A stretch of DNA of 64,000 nt from the NCBI GenBank assembly GCA_030390025.1, contig CM059432.1, forward strand, positions 49,602,001-49,666,000, read 5' to 3'. The stretch comes from Squalus acanthias (taxonomy: Eukaryota). The notes beneath the pieces are model-generated. The model was not told the origin of the DNA. It made no database searches and saw nothing but the letters and a program-made list of their open reading frames with translations. Made by a program: the position numbers and the translations under genes. Below are positions 24,201 through 36,613 of this stretch, piece by piece. Each line of letters starts with the position of its first letter. The stretch's first letter is position 1.

Positions 24201-25953
24201 ACCAAGAGCTCAATACTACAGAAAGACTGGAGGAATATAGAAAGTGCAGGGGTGAAATTAAAAAGAAAATTCGGAAAGCAAAGAGAGGGCATGAAAAAAT
24301 ATTGCCAAGGAAAACCCAAAGATGTTTTATAAATACATAGAGAGCAAGAGGATAACTAAGGAAAGAGTAGGGCCTATTAGAGACCAAAAAGGTAACCTGC
24401 GTGTGGAGGCAGAAGACGTGGGTATGGTTCCTAATGAATACTTTGCGTCTGTCTTCACAAAAGAGGGGGACAATGCAGACATTGTAGTTCAGGAGGAGGA
24501 CTGTGAAATATTAGATGGGATAAACATAGTGAGAGAGGAAGTATTAAGGGGTTTAGCATCTTTGAAAGTAGATAAATCGCCAGGCCCGGATGAAAGGTAT
24601 CCCAGGCTGGAAGAGAAGCAAGGGAGGAAATAGCGGAGGCTCTGACCATCATTTTCCAATCCACTCTGGCTACAGGTGTGGTGCTAGAGGACTGGAGAGC
24701 TGCTAATGTAGTACTGTTGTTTAAAAAGGGAGAAAGGGATAGACTGAGTAACTACAGGCCAGTCAGCCTAACCTCGGTGGTGAGTGAATTATTGTTCAGA
24801 AAAGCTAAGTGGCAGGAAGCAAAGGGTAATGTTTGATGGGTGTTTTTGTGACTGGAAGGCTGTTTCCAGTGGGGTTCCACAGGGGTCAGTACTAGGTCCC
24901 TTGCTTTTTGTGGTATATATCAATGATTTAGACTTCAATGTAGGAGGCATGATTAAGAAGTTTGCAGATAATACAAAAATTGGCCGTGTGGTTGATAGTG
25001 AGGAAAATAGCTGTAGACTGCAGGAAGATATCAATGGACTGGTCAGGTGGGCAGAAAAGTGGCAAATAGAATTCAATCCGGAGAATTGTGAGGTAATGCA
25101 TTTGGGGAGCGCTAACAAGGCAAGGGAATACACAATAAATGGTAGGATACTGAGAACTGTAGAGGAACAGTGGGACCTTGGCGTGCATATCCACAGATCT
25201 CTGAAAGTAGCAGGACAGGTAGATAAGGTGGTTAAGAAGGCATACGGGATACTTTCCTTTATTAGCCGAGGCATAAAATATGAGAGCATGGAGGTTATGC
25301 TTGAACTGTATAAAACATTAGTTAGACCACAGTTAGAGTATTGCATTCAGTTCTGGTCACCACATTACAGGAAAGAAGTGATTGCACTAGATAGGGTACA
25401 GAGGAGATTTACGAGGATGTTGCCAGGACTGGAGAATTTTAGCTGTGAGGAAAGTTTGGATAGGCTGGGGTTGTTTTCATTAGAACAGAGGAGACTGATG
25501 GAAGATTTAATTGAGGTGCATAAAGTTATGAGGGGCCTAGATAGAATGGATAGGATGGACCTATTTCCCTTAGCAGAGAGGTCAATAACCAGGGGGCATA
25601 GATTTAAAGTAATTGGTAGAAGGATTAGAATGGAGTTGAGGAGAACCTTTTTCACCCAGAGGGTGGTGTGGGTCTGGAACTCACTGCCTGAAGGGGTGGT
25701 AGAGGCAGAAACCCTCATCGCATTTAAAAATGTGGGACCTTGTCAAAGGCCTTGCTAAAATCCATATAGACTACATCAAACACGCTGCCCTCATCGACCC
25801 TCCTCGTGCACTTGAAGTGCCATAACCTACAGGGCTACAGACCAAGAGCTGGAAAGTGAGATTAGGATGGCTAGCTCTTTTTTGGCCGGCACAGACACGA
25901 TGGGCTGAATGGCCTCCTTCTGTGCCGTAAATTTCTATGATTCTATGATTCTA
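21280..25953 (+). mobile_element. Near full-length CR1 LINE (ORF1 Zn-finger + SGNH esterase; ORF2 APE + RT), disabled
   Basis: CTSC...CRKC (21443), IVIGDSIVR/VHIGTND (21846), endonuclease 22358-22888, RT 24784-25758, (TTCTATGA)n tail; MITE insertion and internal deletion. Confidence 0.93.
23172..23950. mobile_element. Non-autonomous Harbinger (MITE) related to the 50082-54160 element
   Basis: TIRs GGGGGAGAAATTC / GAATTTCTAGCCC; TSD aaa; TTAGC.CCTCCCGTTAGTGCC shared with the 54160 end; interrupts CR1 ORF2. Confidence 0.9.
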
Positions 25954-26371
25954 CCCTAGTGGGTCCAAGAAATGATATCAAGGGATTGCAATCATCCAAA
26001 AATTTTATCTGTCCATTATCAGATATCTTTTTCTGTATTTGTTGACTTCCAATACTTTATTTATATTGCTGCAGCTGAATTAAAAAAAGCCTTCCTGAGT
26101 TGACACCATCTTGCAAAATTGAAATCAACCCCACTTTGCTCAGAATCCAAGGGCAGAGCCTGAAGGGATAATTACTAGTCCTAGCCCCTTTAGGGCTACC
26201 CTGGATCAGGTGTATTCCTCAGACATTCACTTTCAACTAAAGTTTGAGGTAGCTGAATCCTAAAGACGCTTAATTGGGTCTAAAGGTCCGATCTATCTCT
26301 CCCTAAAGGAAAGGAACAACCTGAAAATGTTACTGTCCTCCAGATAGCACTTTTAATAAGTTTAGCTAGAC

Positions 26372-27295
26372 TGTAACGTTCCGGATATTATGAGGGTCCG
26401 GAAAACTCCCCCAGAATTCTGCAACTCCTCACCAAAGAGTATACAGAGATTGAGTTCGCGAGTTTGATACAGAAGTATTATGTGAGATAATTCTAAAAAT
26501 AAATAGATTTATTAAAGAACCAACATGTAATTTACAGTTGGTGAGTCAATCGCAACATTAACAGTTCCAAAAAGAGAAAGCTTTACAATCTTATTATCAG
26601 AGATCCTTAGTTTCAAATCTTAACTTCGCTACAGTTTTACAGTTCTTAGTCTTATTCAGGATATCCACCAAAATCAAATACAGTACCTTTTGATCCCCGA
26701 GGCACAAAGAGTTGTAGACTTACAGAGCCACCTCTGAAGCCTGAGAATCGCTTTGCCCCTTTACAGCAAATCTATTATCCTATTTGAGAGCTCAATATTT
26801 ATACCCTTTTCCAGTGGTAACTCCTTTAAGGTTTTCTGCTGATGTAAGCTAATTATCTCTAGTCATTTTCTGCTGACTTCTGCAATTCTTAGTCACCTCA
26901 GCTGGTAGCAATACAGACCCGTGTCTCTCCTCTAGGTGTTCCAAGCTTACCATAAAAAACGGTGCAACAGCAGGTGCATTTTATTTGATGTCATTTTTAC
27001 TAAGGCCTTCTGTTTGTGCCTCTTTACGAAGTGTAAATTAGAACACCTTATACAGGGTAAACCATTGTCTGCTCCCAAAGATTCAGACCGTCGGGAGCCT
27101 TCAACCTTCCGCTTCAATAAGGTTATTGATTCAGTGTCAAGTATCTTATCTCTATAGCCAGAATTCTATCACAGCTTTTCCATAGTTTGGGTTTCCCAGT
27201 TTTCCAGACCCAGTTTGTCATGTTTTAATAAGGCCAAAATTCTTTCATAGAATGGTGTATTTTTCTGAATAAGTTATATGGCTTATTCCTTCACA
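26372..27295 (-). mobile_element. Solo LTR (924 bp), ERV- or Gypsy-type
   Basis: TG...CA ends; near-TSD agac/agcc; minus-strand TATAAA (about 26800) upstream of AATAAA (about 26510); second copy starts at 62968. Confidence 0.8.
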
Positions 27296-27709
27296 AGCCT
27301 ATGCCAGATACCCTTTGCCATGCGCTCAGGACCAGGGACTTCCCAGCACAATGGGTGTGGAATATTTATTGATTACCAAGACTGGCTAACTAATTGCTTA
27401 TTATTTTCAATCTTTGGAGAAACAACATCAATGCCTAATGCACAATCATTATACCCACCTTTCATCTCAGTTATATGCTTTTTTTATTTCAACATGTGTG
27501 ATTACACTTATCTTTAAAAAACAAACATTTAAATGTAAATCTTTTCCGAATCCTTTTATGCAAAAATAGTCAACAAATCCCAAGGTGTGGCATATTGTGA
27601 TCAATTTGCTGACTAGGAGTTATTGGAACACCGAGATAGGATTTTAAAAAAATCATCATTTGATCACCAGGGAAAATAGACACATGACTGCTATGCCTTT
27701 ATTAAAAAT

Positions 27710-28385
27710 GGCCCAGATATTCTGATCGCAGGTCTCCCGCGAGCTGGAAAAATCTGCGCCCTTACCTGAGCGCTCCCGGGACGTGCACAGTTCTGATGCT
27801 GGGCCTCTCCAAACGGCAAGTGTGCAGGGCCCACGTATCCCAGGGGCGCATGTAGTTTGCAGATGTAGGAAGACCTGTCAAATATATGAATGGAGATCAC
27901 CCCCAAAACATAGTAAAACTTTAAATAAATAAAAAAAAAATCACGCTTTTAAAATGACTTGAAATTACAATAAATTAACTATTTTAAACAAAAATTTAAA
28001 TTTTTGAAAAAATAATTAAAGTTTTTTACGGGGCTAAAAATAAACTTACCTTTTTTAAAGTATTTTTAAATGATAAATCAGTGAAATTTTTTTTTTTTAC
28101 TTTTTTCAACTCTTATCCTGGTAAAAGCAGGCCTTACGCCTGCTTTTACCAGGCGCAAGAATTGTAAGGGTTTTCTACGGGCAGATGGTCTCCATAAAGC
28201 GGAACTATCCGCCCGCAGAGGCCCTTCTCCAGGGCAGCCGGAGGATCTGTCAAGAGCATTCTTGACAGATCGGAAATGCCGGTTTTCAGCGCATGCGCTG
28301 TGCATGCCCGAAACTGGCATTTCCGATGTCCCTACGGGTGAGTACACAGCGCGTACCCACCCGTAGGGATTGGAATATCTGGCCC
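27710..28385. mobile_element. Harbinger-type MITE (hairpin family, opposite orientation to 18903)
   Basis: TIRs GGCCCAGATATTC / GAATATCTGGCCC; TSD aat. Confidence 0.9.
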
Positions 28386-28424
28386 AATATATTTAAGCTG
28401 CTCCCAGTGAAATGTGAATAGATT

Positions 28425-29290
28425 GGGGGGAATTTTAATCCCCAAAAATGGGCAGGTTGGGGTTGGGAGTTTAAAGTGTTAAAATACTGAATCCCGACCA
28501 GAACCCACCTCCAACCTGCCCACTTCCAGTTTTAACGGAGGCAGGATGGGGGGCAGGCAGCCATCCCGTTCCCAGGAGCCGGGTCGTCCATTTAAATATT
28601 ATAATAAGGCTGGCGTGCCTCAGATTTAACCAGCATTACAAATTTAACTGTGGCTGGTTGGGTGTCGCAGGCCTCGGGGAACCCGACAGCTAATGGAAGA
28701 TGAGGACTGCTGGATCCAAGAGATAAGTGCCTTTACACTTACCTCCTGGACCCAGCGTCCCTGCCTCACTTATCCCCAGCGATTGGAGACCCCCTGAGGC
28801 CTCCGTTCCCCTCCCCGAGTCCTCCGTTCCCCCCCAAGCCTCAGATTCCCCCCCCCCCCCGAGGTGTCCAATCCCTCCGGAGGCCTCCGATCCCTCCCCA
28901 GGACTCCGATCCCTCCCCCACAGGGCTTCCAAGCCCTCCCAGGCCTCCGATCCCCCCCACAAGGCCCCCGATCTTCTCTCCCTCCCCCCCACCCCCCCCG
29001 ATGCTCTGGAGTCCGAATTCCCTCCCTTCCCCATGATACCCGAGTCCGACCAACGACCACCCCCCAGACCCCACCCGATCCCTCCCTCCCTCCTCTCTGC
29101 AGCCTAGTGCCTCAAGCATACCCGCCCGCAGCCTGCCAGCCTCTCCATCTGGCTGGCTGCGGGCGGGAAACAGAGGTTTGAAATACAAATCAGGCCCTGC
29201 TGCTAAATTCCAGGTTTCCTGACCGCTTCCTAGCCCCTACCCCGCGCCCCCACCCTGCTCCCAACCCGCCACCCGATTAAAATTCCGGCC
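28425..29290. mobile_element. Harbinger-type MITE with expanded minisatellite
   Basis: TIRs GGGGGGAATTTTAATC / GATTAAAATTCCGGCC; TSD att; homologous to 10815-11399. Confidence 0.85.
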
Positions 29291-32269
29291 ATTATGTGTA
29301 CATTAGAACAATTAATAGGCATTTCCCCATTTCCCTGGTAGATCCCAATCTGTGCGTGTATGCAACTGAGTCCATGAGGCCTCAATATGATCTCTCCCTG
29401 ATTGTATATTAGCCCTAAATTTTGGTCTTAATGGTAGATTTATACTGGCATTTTTAGAATGCGTGGAAGTAGTTTCCCATTTCAGGTCCCAATCTGACTC
29501 AGATCAAAGTGGCGTGAAACATGCTGAGGGAGACTACCTCACACCATTAGGGTTTGAGACCTATGGAGTATAACTCCAGTGTAGTGTCGTGTCCAAGCTT
29601 AAAAAGTGTTGGATCTCCTCCACACTTTATAACTTAAGGAGAGCTTACTTTAATGCTTGCACTCTAAAAATATTTAAAATGTATTAGTTGTGAGTGGAGC
29701 TCTGCACATCTGTGTGCTGGCCACAAGAGTAGGATTTGTAGCAAGCTAATAGAAATCAGATAATGCCAGCTACAAATCAATACAGTAACTGCTGATCTGA
29801 GATTGGTAGCTACTGCACAGTACAACATAGCCTTAGACTCAATTTGAAATCAAAGCTTTGGAGCCTCAGTAAGCTAATGAATAGAAAACCATAGAAGTAG
29901 TCAGCATGAATTTAGAAATAATGGGGGTGAGATTGGTCTTTGGCAGTTGCACAAAATGGGCGAGAGTGAATCGGCAGCCTGTTTTATACCCCGCCTGAAA
30001 TTCTTTTCCATTGAAGTCACCTGCCCGTTGTCCAGAACTACATCCCTCCTTCTGTAAGTGCATTATAATACAGAATTCATATAGTTACTGGTGGTAATGT
30101 CGGTTTGAGGCACATCTCACAAGATTTATGTATGACAATATAAACTATTTGAATGCCACACAAAAAGTGTACTCTGCAGCGTTATCGATATGCAAGCAAT
30201 ATGTGTAAAAGTTTACGGGTTGGTCCCATGCTTCACATGTTGCCTCCCTTAGGGCGCACCAGGTTACAAGTTCTTTTTTTACTGTGCATGCTATACACCA
30301 ATAATAATAGTCTATTCAGCTTTGGGCATGCTTACATTTGCACTCCACCTGGTGCCTGAAAACTACTTGCATACCTACAGGTCAGGGAGTCTGCATTTAC
30401 TCTCCCAATGCCCTCCAGCTAGGAATTTTGAACTTTGTTTTTAACAGGAGGATGTCCGTCAGCTTCAAAGTTAGGCACTTTCTTTTGTGTACTTCCTACA
30501 ACAGGACTTCCATGAAGTCTTCATTGAAAGGAGGAGTTTTCCTTACATTTCTCCTCCCGTCCATTTCTTTTGCCAGCAGAGGTTTTTGTGCACGCAACCA
30601 TTTACCCTCCATTTAAAGCCAGCAGTGGCCCTTTAACGTGTTCTGTCCCTTGGCCATTTGTGGGTCTCCTACCGCTCCTCGTACTCATTTCACATGGGCA
30701 GGGAGATTATTAAAATGAATATGAAGAAGAACACAGAATTCTCCTGTTGTTCTAGCCAACATTTCTCTTTCAAACAACACCACCAAAAACAGACTAATTG
30801 GACATTCATCCCATTGCTGTATGTGGGATTTTGCTGTGGGCAAAATGTTAGAAATACGAAGCAAATCTTCTTGAAAGCAATTATGATGGAACTGCCAGTG
30901 GAATTTTTACCCCCAGGTGCGGAATAATTCAAGGACATTTTGACCACTTAGTAATGTTTTATAAATGTATCTAGGGATAGAAATTACTTCTATCAATAAT
31001 AGCAGGCAACAGCTTAATGCATTTGGATGACATTCCTGTGCCTGCTATTGTTATGGAAGTCCCCTTTTGAGGAGAAGAACAACATTGAATAATATCTTGT
31101 GGTCTTGAATATGTTATATGTTACATTGTGTTGTAGGACTGTGTTGTAACTGTTATAGTAACCCCTTTTCTGCTGCCAGTCATTTATTTGTAACTGTAAG
31201 GTTACCTTCAGTAAGGCGTTAAATGATTTTTCTCCCAGTGTTTCATAAATGTCAGCAAGGAATTATGCAAATATCACACAGTCAGCTGCTGGGGTACATA
31301 TTTCTAACTGAATAATTATGCTAATTGTGATATGCCTGTCAATGTTGTGCTATCAAGCTTTCATACAAAATCGTTGTCACAGGTTTGGATCAATAAGGAA
31401 CTATTGATGGTTCTGAGGTTACAGACATTGTAGTTCATTTTCAACTCAAAGCAGCAGGAATGCTGAGCAGAGAATAATGTATGCTAATTGGTACCTTGAT
31501 TATGCTATAATAGATTTACAAAAAAACAGTGTTTATAAGATGATTACTGCAGTTGAATGATAATCAGATCATATTTATTTAATGCAAGTTCTATAAACTC
31601 AAACATTTCTCATTTATGCAAATGAGGCAAAGCTATACATTATTACAAAAATTGAACTGTATGAGTATCCTCTTGCAGTACACTGATTGGCCCTTGGTGT
31701 GGTGTCTATTTCTAAAGGTTTGATTGGTCCATGAGAAACATATCACTACAAAATGGTCCTGGTAAGAAAGCAAGCTGAATATCTGGAACCGCCACTTCTG
31801 AAGATTTTCTTTTATTGCAGGTGAGTGAGCTCACTATCTAGTCCAAAAGCTGGAATTTAGACCGGTCCCCTCTGCTGATTTTATTTTCCTGCCCTTCAGT
31901 TTATAGTCACCCCCAGACCTAGAGCCGACTCTGCATATATCTTCCTGGTCCGACCTGTTCCTCTTTCTATCTTCTGGCCCAACTCTAAGCCCACCCTCCC
32001 CACTATAGACTGACTGCCACCCTTACATTGTGCTGGAACTCAACTTGGCCATGGCCTCAACCTCCAGTCTCTGCTCTCTGCTGGCTGTGAAATCTCCCAA
32101 CTTGGTGCAGCCATGGCCTTAGCATCCTGCCTCTCAACTCTTTCCTGCCCCAATATAATCCTGGTATCAGCCCTCTCTCCTGGCCCGGTACAGAAATGAC
32201 CTACAGCCCTTCCTCCCCCTGCCCGCCCCCCCCCCCCCCCCATAACTCTCAAAAATAGATTGTTGGGGC

Positions 32270-32905
32270 CTCTGATGATAATGGTGCAGGGTGGGAAGAG
32301 AAGTCATTGATGGAGATGCTCTGGCTAGGATTTGATAGGTAAGAGTGGAACCAAGTGAGGGTAGTCCTACTGAGCTTGACAACGGAGGAGAGGTGTTGGA
32401 GGAGGATGGTATGGTCAACTGTGTCAAAGACTGAAGAGAGTCAAGCAGGACCAGCAGGGAGAATGCACCACAGTCACAGAGGATGTCGCTTGTGACTTTG
32501 ATGAGGGCCATTTCAGAGCTGTGGCAGAAGCAGAAACTTGACTGGAGAGATTCAAACATGGAATTGAAAGGAAAATGGAATTGGATTTGAGAGAAACCGA
32601 CACTTTAACGAACTTTGGAGTGGAAAGGCAATGTGCAGATGGGGTGGTAGTTTGCAAGGACAGAGAGGTGAAGGATTTTTTTTCAGGAGGGAGGTGATGA
32701 TGGTGGTTTTGAAAAGAAGGGGGGCAGTACCTGAAGAGAGGGATCTAATTAAATAGTCATCTAGCATGGGGGGGCCAGGAAGAGAATTATGTGTTCAGCA
32801 ATTTAGTAGGAGTGGGGTCAAGGGAAGCAATAAAGTGGGTCTCCTGGAGAGGGTATGAGGGGAGATAGGAGAGAAACTCGAGAAGGGCGCCGAATCAAGG
32901 CTGCA
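32270..32905 (-). mobile_element. L2 LINE RT fragment
   Basis: ORF 32167-32559 FESLQSSF...HSSEMALIKVTSDIL...SLLVLLD. Confidence 0.75.
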
Positions 32906-33393
32906 GGGCTGCCTTCCTGTTGGTCCTGGTGTTAACCTGCTCTCTCGAGCAGGTAAGCAGACCACCAGCAGGAAGGCAATGGGATCAGGGGAGTAAGTTG
33001 CTGTCCTTACTTTAACTGCCACCCGCCTGGTTTCTGCCTGGCGGGACGGGACGGTGGGGGGGAGGGGGAGTTAAAATCAGTGCCAAAATCATTTTAACAC
33101 AATCCAGCTACAAGATGGATGGTCACTTACTGACACAGGTTGCAGGTTGGGTAGATAACTATTACTGTATATGTACTTTTACAACTTACAGCATCCTAAG
33201 ACTTCTTCTCTGTGCAACAAAATGACACCTAATCATAGAATCATAGAATGGTTACAGCACAGAAGGAGGCCATTTGACCCGTCGAGCCCATGCTGGCTCT
33301 CTGCAAGAGCACTTCAGCTAGTCCCACTCCCCTGCCTTTTCCCCATAGCCTTGTAAATTATTTTCCTTCAGGTACTTATCTGTCTGTGACGTC

Positions 33394-36300
33394 GGGTTCG
33401 ATTTTGCCAGGCCCGAGGGGGCGGGATTGGAGGCGTGAGGTGTTAAAATCGCAAAAAATGGCGGGCGGCTCCGATCCCGCCTCTAGCCCGCCTCCGAGCA
33501 ATTTTCCCAGAATCGGGGTTTCAGACCCCGTTTCCAGCCCACCTCCAAGAGGCGGGATAGGCCCTTAAGGCACTTAACAACCAGTTAATTGCCTCTATAA
33601 TCCCATTTTGAGAGGCCTTTCTGATTTTAGCACATTTCCCCCATCCTGCACGCCTCCTCTGGAACACGCCAGTTAATCCTGGTGGCCTCACAAGTGGCTT
33701 GCTTACTAACAGCTGCAGCTCCACCATTAAAAAGGAGTTTTCACCAATGATCATTTGCAGGTGGCAGAACTTTGTTGTTTCAGGTCTGGGGGAACTTTTA
33801 GCAGGCATACTCATTGTTGTGGAAGTTTGGAGCCTGATACCCATCTCCAGTGTGACCTCCTGGGAAACCCCTCTCCCCACCTTGACTGAGCGTTTCCTCA
33901 ACTGAGGCATATACCAGAAGCATGGGAACCATTTATTTCCTTTCCTCCTGGACACCAGATTCGGACGAAGACTAGCCGCGGCAGCAGCAGAACCATGAAC
34001 AACAGCAGCACCAACAGCAGCAGCATCAACAGGAGCGCCAAGCTGCTGCTCACCCACCTGAAGCTGCACAGGCCAGAAGGCGCCAGCGCGCGACCACATT
34101 GCTGCCCGGGATGCAAGGGACGCACTCATGTTGGCCAGAATTGCTTAGCCTGCACAATCAAACACTTTTGCCTCGCACCTTCTTACCAGAGCTTCGACAA
34201 TGGACAAGAACCTACGGATTCCTATCACTTTGACCACCATACTGACAATTGCAAGTCGCTCTAAGCCCTCAATGGAAGTTCCACTTGCGAGATGACACAG
34301 GCCACAACTTCAACAGTTTGCCATCAGAAATTTTTAACACAACAAGCAACTGATGGCATTTCAAAAATAAACACAACATAACACCCAAGTGACTACTCTT
34401 GTGACTACTTGTGCATTATCTTCCTCTTACCCGTGCTCCTACGAGGTGCTTCCCCTGTGGCTTCAGCAGATGTGGAGGCCCCTTGCTCACTTTCTTGCTG
34501 CTCCTGTCTCAACACCTTTGGCGGCCGTCCTGTGAGGGCTCGGCAACAGTCTGCTGCTCCTGCGGCTGTGCAGGGGATGAGACGCCCATCTCAGTTGGGT
34601 GAAGACTCTGGTGGGGCTCTGACTGAGGGCTGTGCAGTGGCATGGTTGTGTGAGCGCTTGGAGAGGAGCCCCCACTTCCTTGTTGTCTGCCACCAACATC
34701 CCTCTCATGGGTCAGCCCCACTTCAGAGCTAGCAAGTGGCTTGACAGCACCTTGCTGCACTTCAGGGGGGCCATGAGGACCCGTTTCTGCACTGGAACTC
34801 CTACTCCAGAGGACTTCCATGAAGGTCTGGTTTCTATGCTCAATAGCTGACCATCGCTCCTCAAGAGATGGCAGTCTATTCTGAACAATGACCATGTTTT
34901 TAACACTCTGGCGACTTAGCTCCTCCATGGCCATAGCCAGCCTCTCCTCTACCGTAGCCATCTTTTCCACGGAGCTTGCCATCCTTTCCGTGGTAATGCG
35001 TTCATGCGCCAATGCCTCCACAAAAGCTCTGCTCATGTTTGTGATGGACTCCTCCATTCGCTCCACACTCGCAGCGACCCTGGAGACAAAACCTGCCAGA
35101 GACTCCTGCACCTGTTCCTGGAGTGCCAGCACCGCTCTCCTTCTGGATGGACCCGAAGGCACAGGGTCGACAGGCAGCTGAGCTGAGCTGGGAGAGTCCT
35201 GCGCCCTCCGACGAGGACTCTCCACTGCTGTCCCTGTCTCCACCATCTGCTGATGCTCACTTGTGAGCTGTGATACACCAGGTGACAACACTACTCTATC
35301 TCGCGAAGGTCCCACCGAGGTGTGAGTGTCTGCGCTGGTGCTGGGTGCGCTGAATTCTGCTGACGCTGCGCCCTCAGAGGTTGCAGCTTTCTCTGAGGAG
35401 TCTTGAGGCTCAGGCTGTTCCTCCTGGACAGTGGGGACGGGGGCTGCCGATGGTCCTGTGGGGGAGTAAAGGAAAGAGTTAGAGATGTCTGGTAAAGGTT
35501 GCATGCACATTGAATTGTGCAGATGATCATAAGTCAATCTGTTATAGCATCAGAATCATTATCACTGACTCATGCAATGTCAATGAGAGAGATGCCAAAC
35601 TATTCTGTCACCAGCTTGCTGTGATGCGCCTGTCTATCCATCCCCCACTTGCGAATCGTCCTCCACTCCGGCGATCTCCAGGGCCGCCTCCTCCGTGGTG
35701 GTGAGCTGGGCTACTGAGGGTGGCCCTCCTCCTGTCCTCGCTCTTTCCCTCTTATTGTGGGCTCTCTTTTCCTGCAATGAGGGACACAAGTGGAGTTTGA
35801 GTGAGAATGAAGGAGTGAGTGTAGAGAATGCATAGCATAGATGCTTAGAAGGAGACAAAGGGCCCTCCCTGTGTGTTGTAAGTTGTTATTGTTGTTGCAT
35901 CACAGTGATAGGGAGTGTGAGGGCTGAATGGTCGAATAGTTAAGTGAATGTGACCATAGAGAGAGAGGGAATGGGTAAGGGTGCAGGGATATCAGTGTCA
36001 AGTGGGATGTGGAGGAAGAGGTTGGCAAAGCTGAGTGCTGATGAGGAGAGGTGATGGGGATCAGATTGAGGGTGATGGGAAAGTCATACTCACTTTCCCT
36101 GTGCGGAGAAGGTCATGAAACCTCTTCCTGCACTGCAGCCAGGTTCTGCTGCACATAGAGATTGAGTTGACCTCCTGGGCCACTTGCAGCCACACAGCTT
36201 TAGTCTGCTGGGGAGGCTTTTTCCTCCCTGAGGAAGGGAAGAGCACCTCCTTATTTGATCTTGCTCCCTCCACCAGAGCTTGGAGGGAGGCCTCATCGAA

Positions 36301-36613
36301 CCTTGGAGCACACTTTGGCCTACTGCTGGATATAGTTGCTGAATGAAGCGATCACAACAATGGGCATAAAGTTTAAAGTCTCCAGAAGAAGCAAGGCTGC
36401 TTGCAGGCCTTAAATCCAGCAGCATTGATGACATCATTGGAGGCGACTTTCTGTATGAAAAAACTCATTGGGCCAGGGGTTTCCACACGCTGGAAATCAA
36501 GTGCCCAATTAGGGCAAAATTGCACTTTTTCCCCACTTCACCTCGGAGTCGTGGTCCTGACACAAAAACCACCTGACACGCCCCAGCCTGCCCCCAATGG
36601 CAAAATCGAGCCC
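33394..36613. mobile_element. Harbinger derivative retaining the Myb/SANT gene, lacking the DDE core
   Basis: 15-bp TIRs GGGTTCGATTTTGCC / GGCAAAATCGAGCCC; Myb exons on the minus strand. Confidence 0.88.
34509..36333 (-). pseudogene. Harbinger Myb/SANT-like DNA-binding protein, 3 exons
   Basis: Exon 1 PRFDEASLQAL...WLQVAQEV...RTWLQCRKRFHDL|gtgagt; exon 2 EKRAHNKRERARTGGG with TAG; exon 3 open (ORF 34509-35537, heptad-like); start appears as ATA. Confidence 0.8.

Noticed and set aside
28690..29188. Overlapping Gly/Pro-rich ORFs
   Set aside because: Artefacts of the GC-rich minisatellite in a MITE
31679..31761. Possible coding exon (cag...gtaag)
   Set aside because: Stop codons in all three frames
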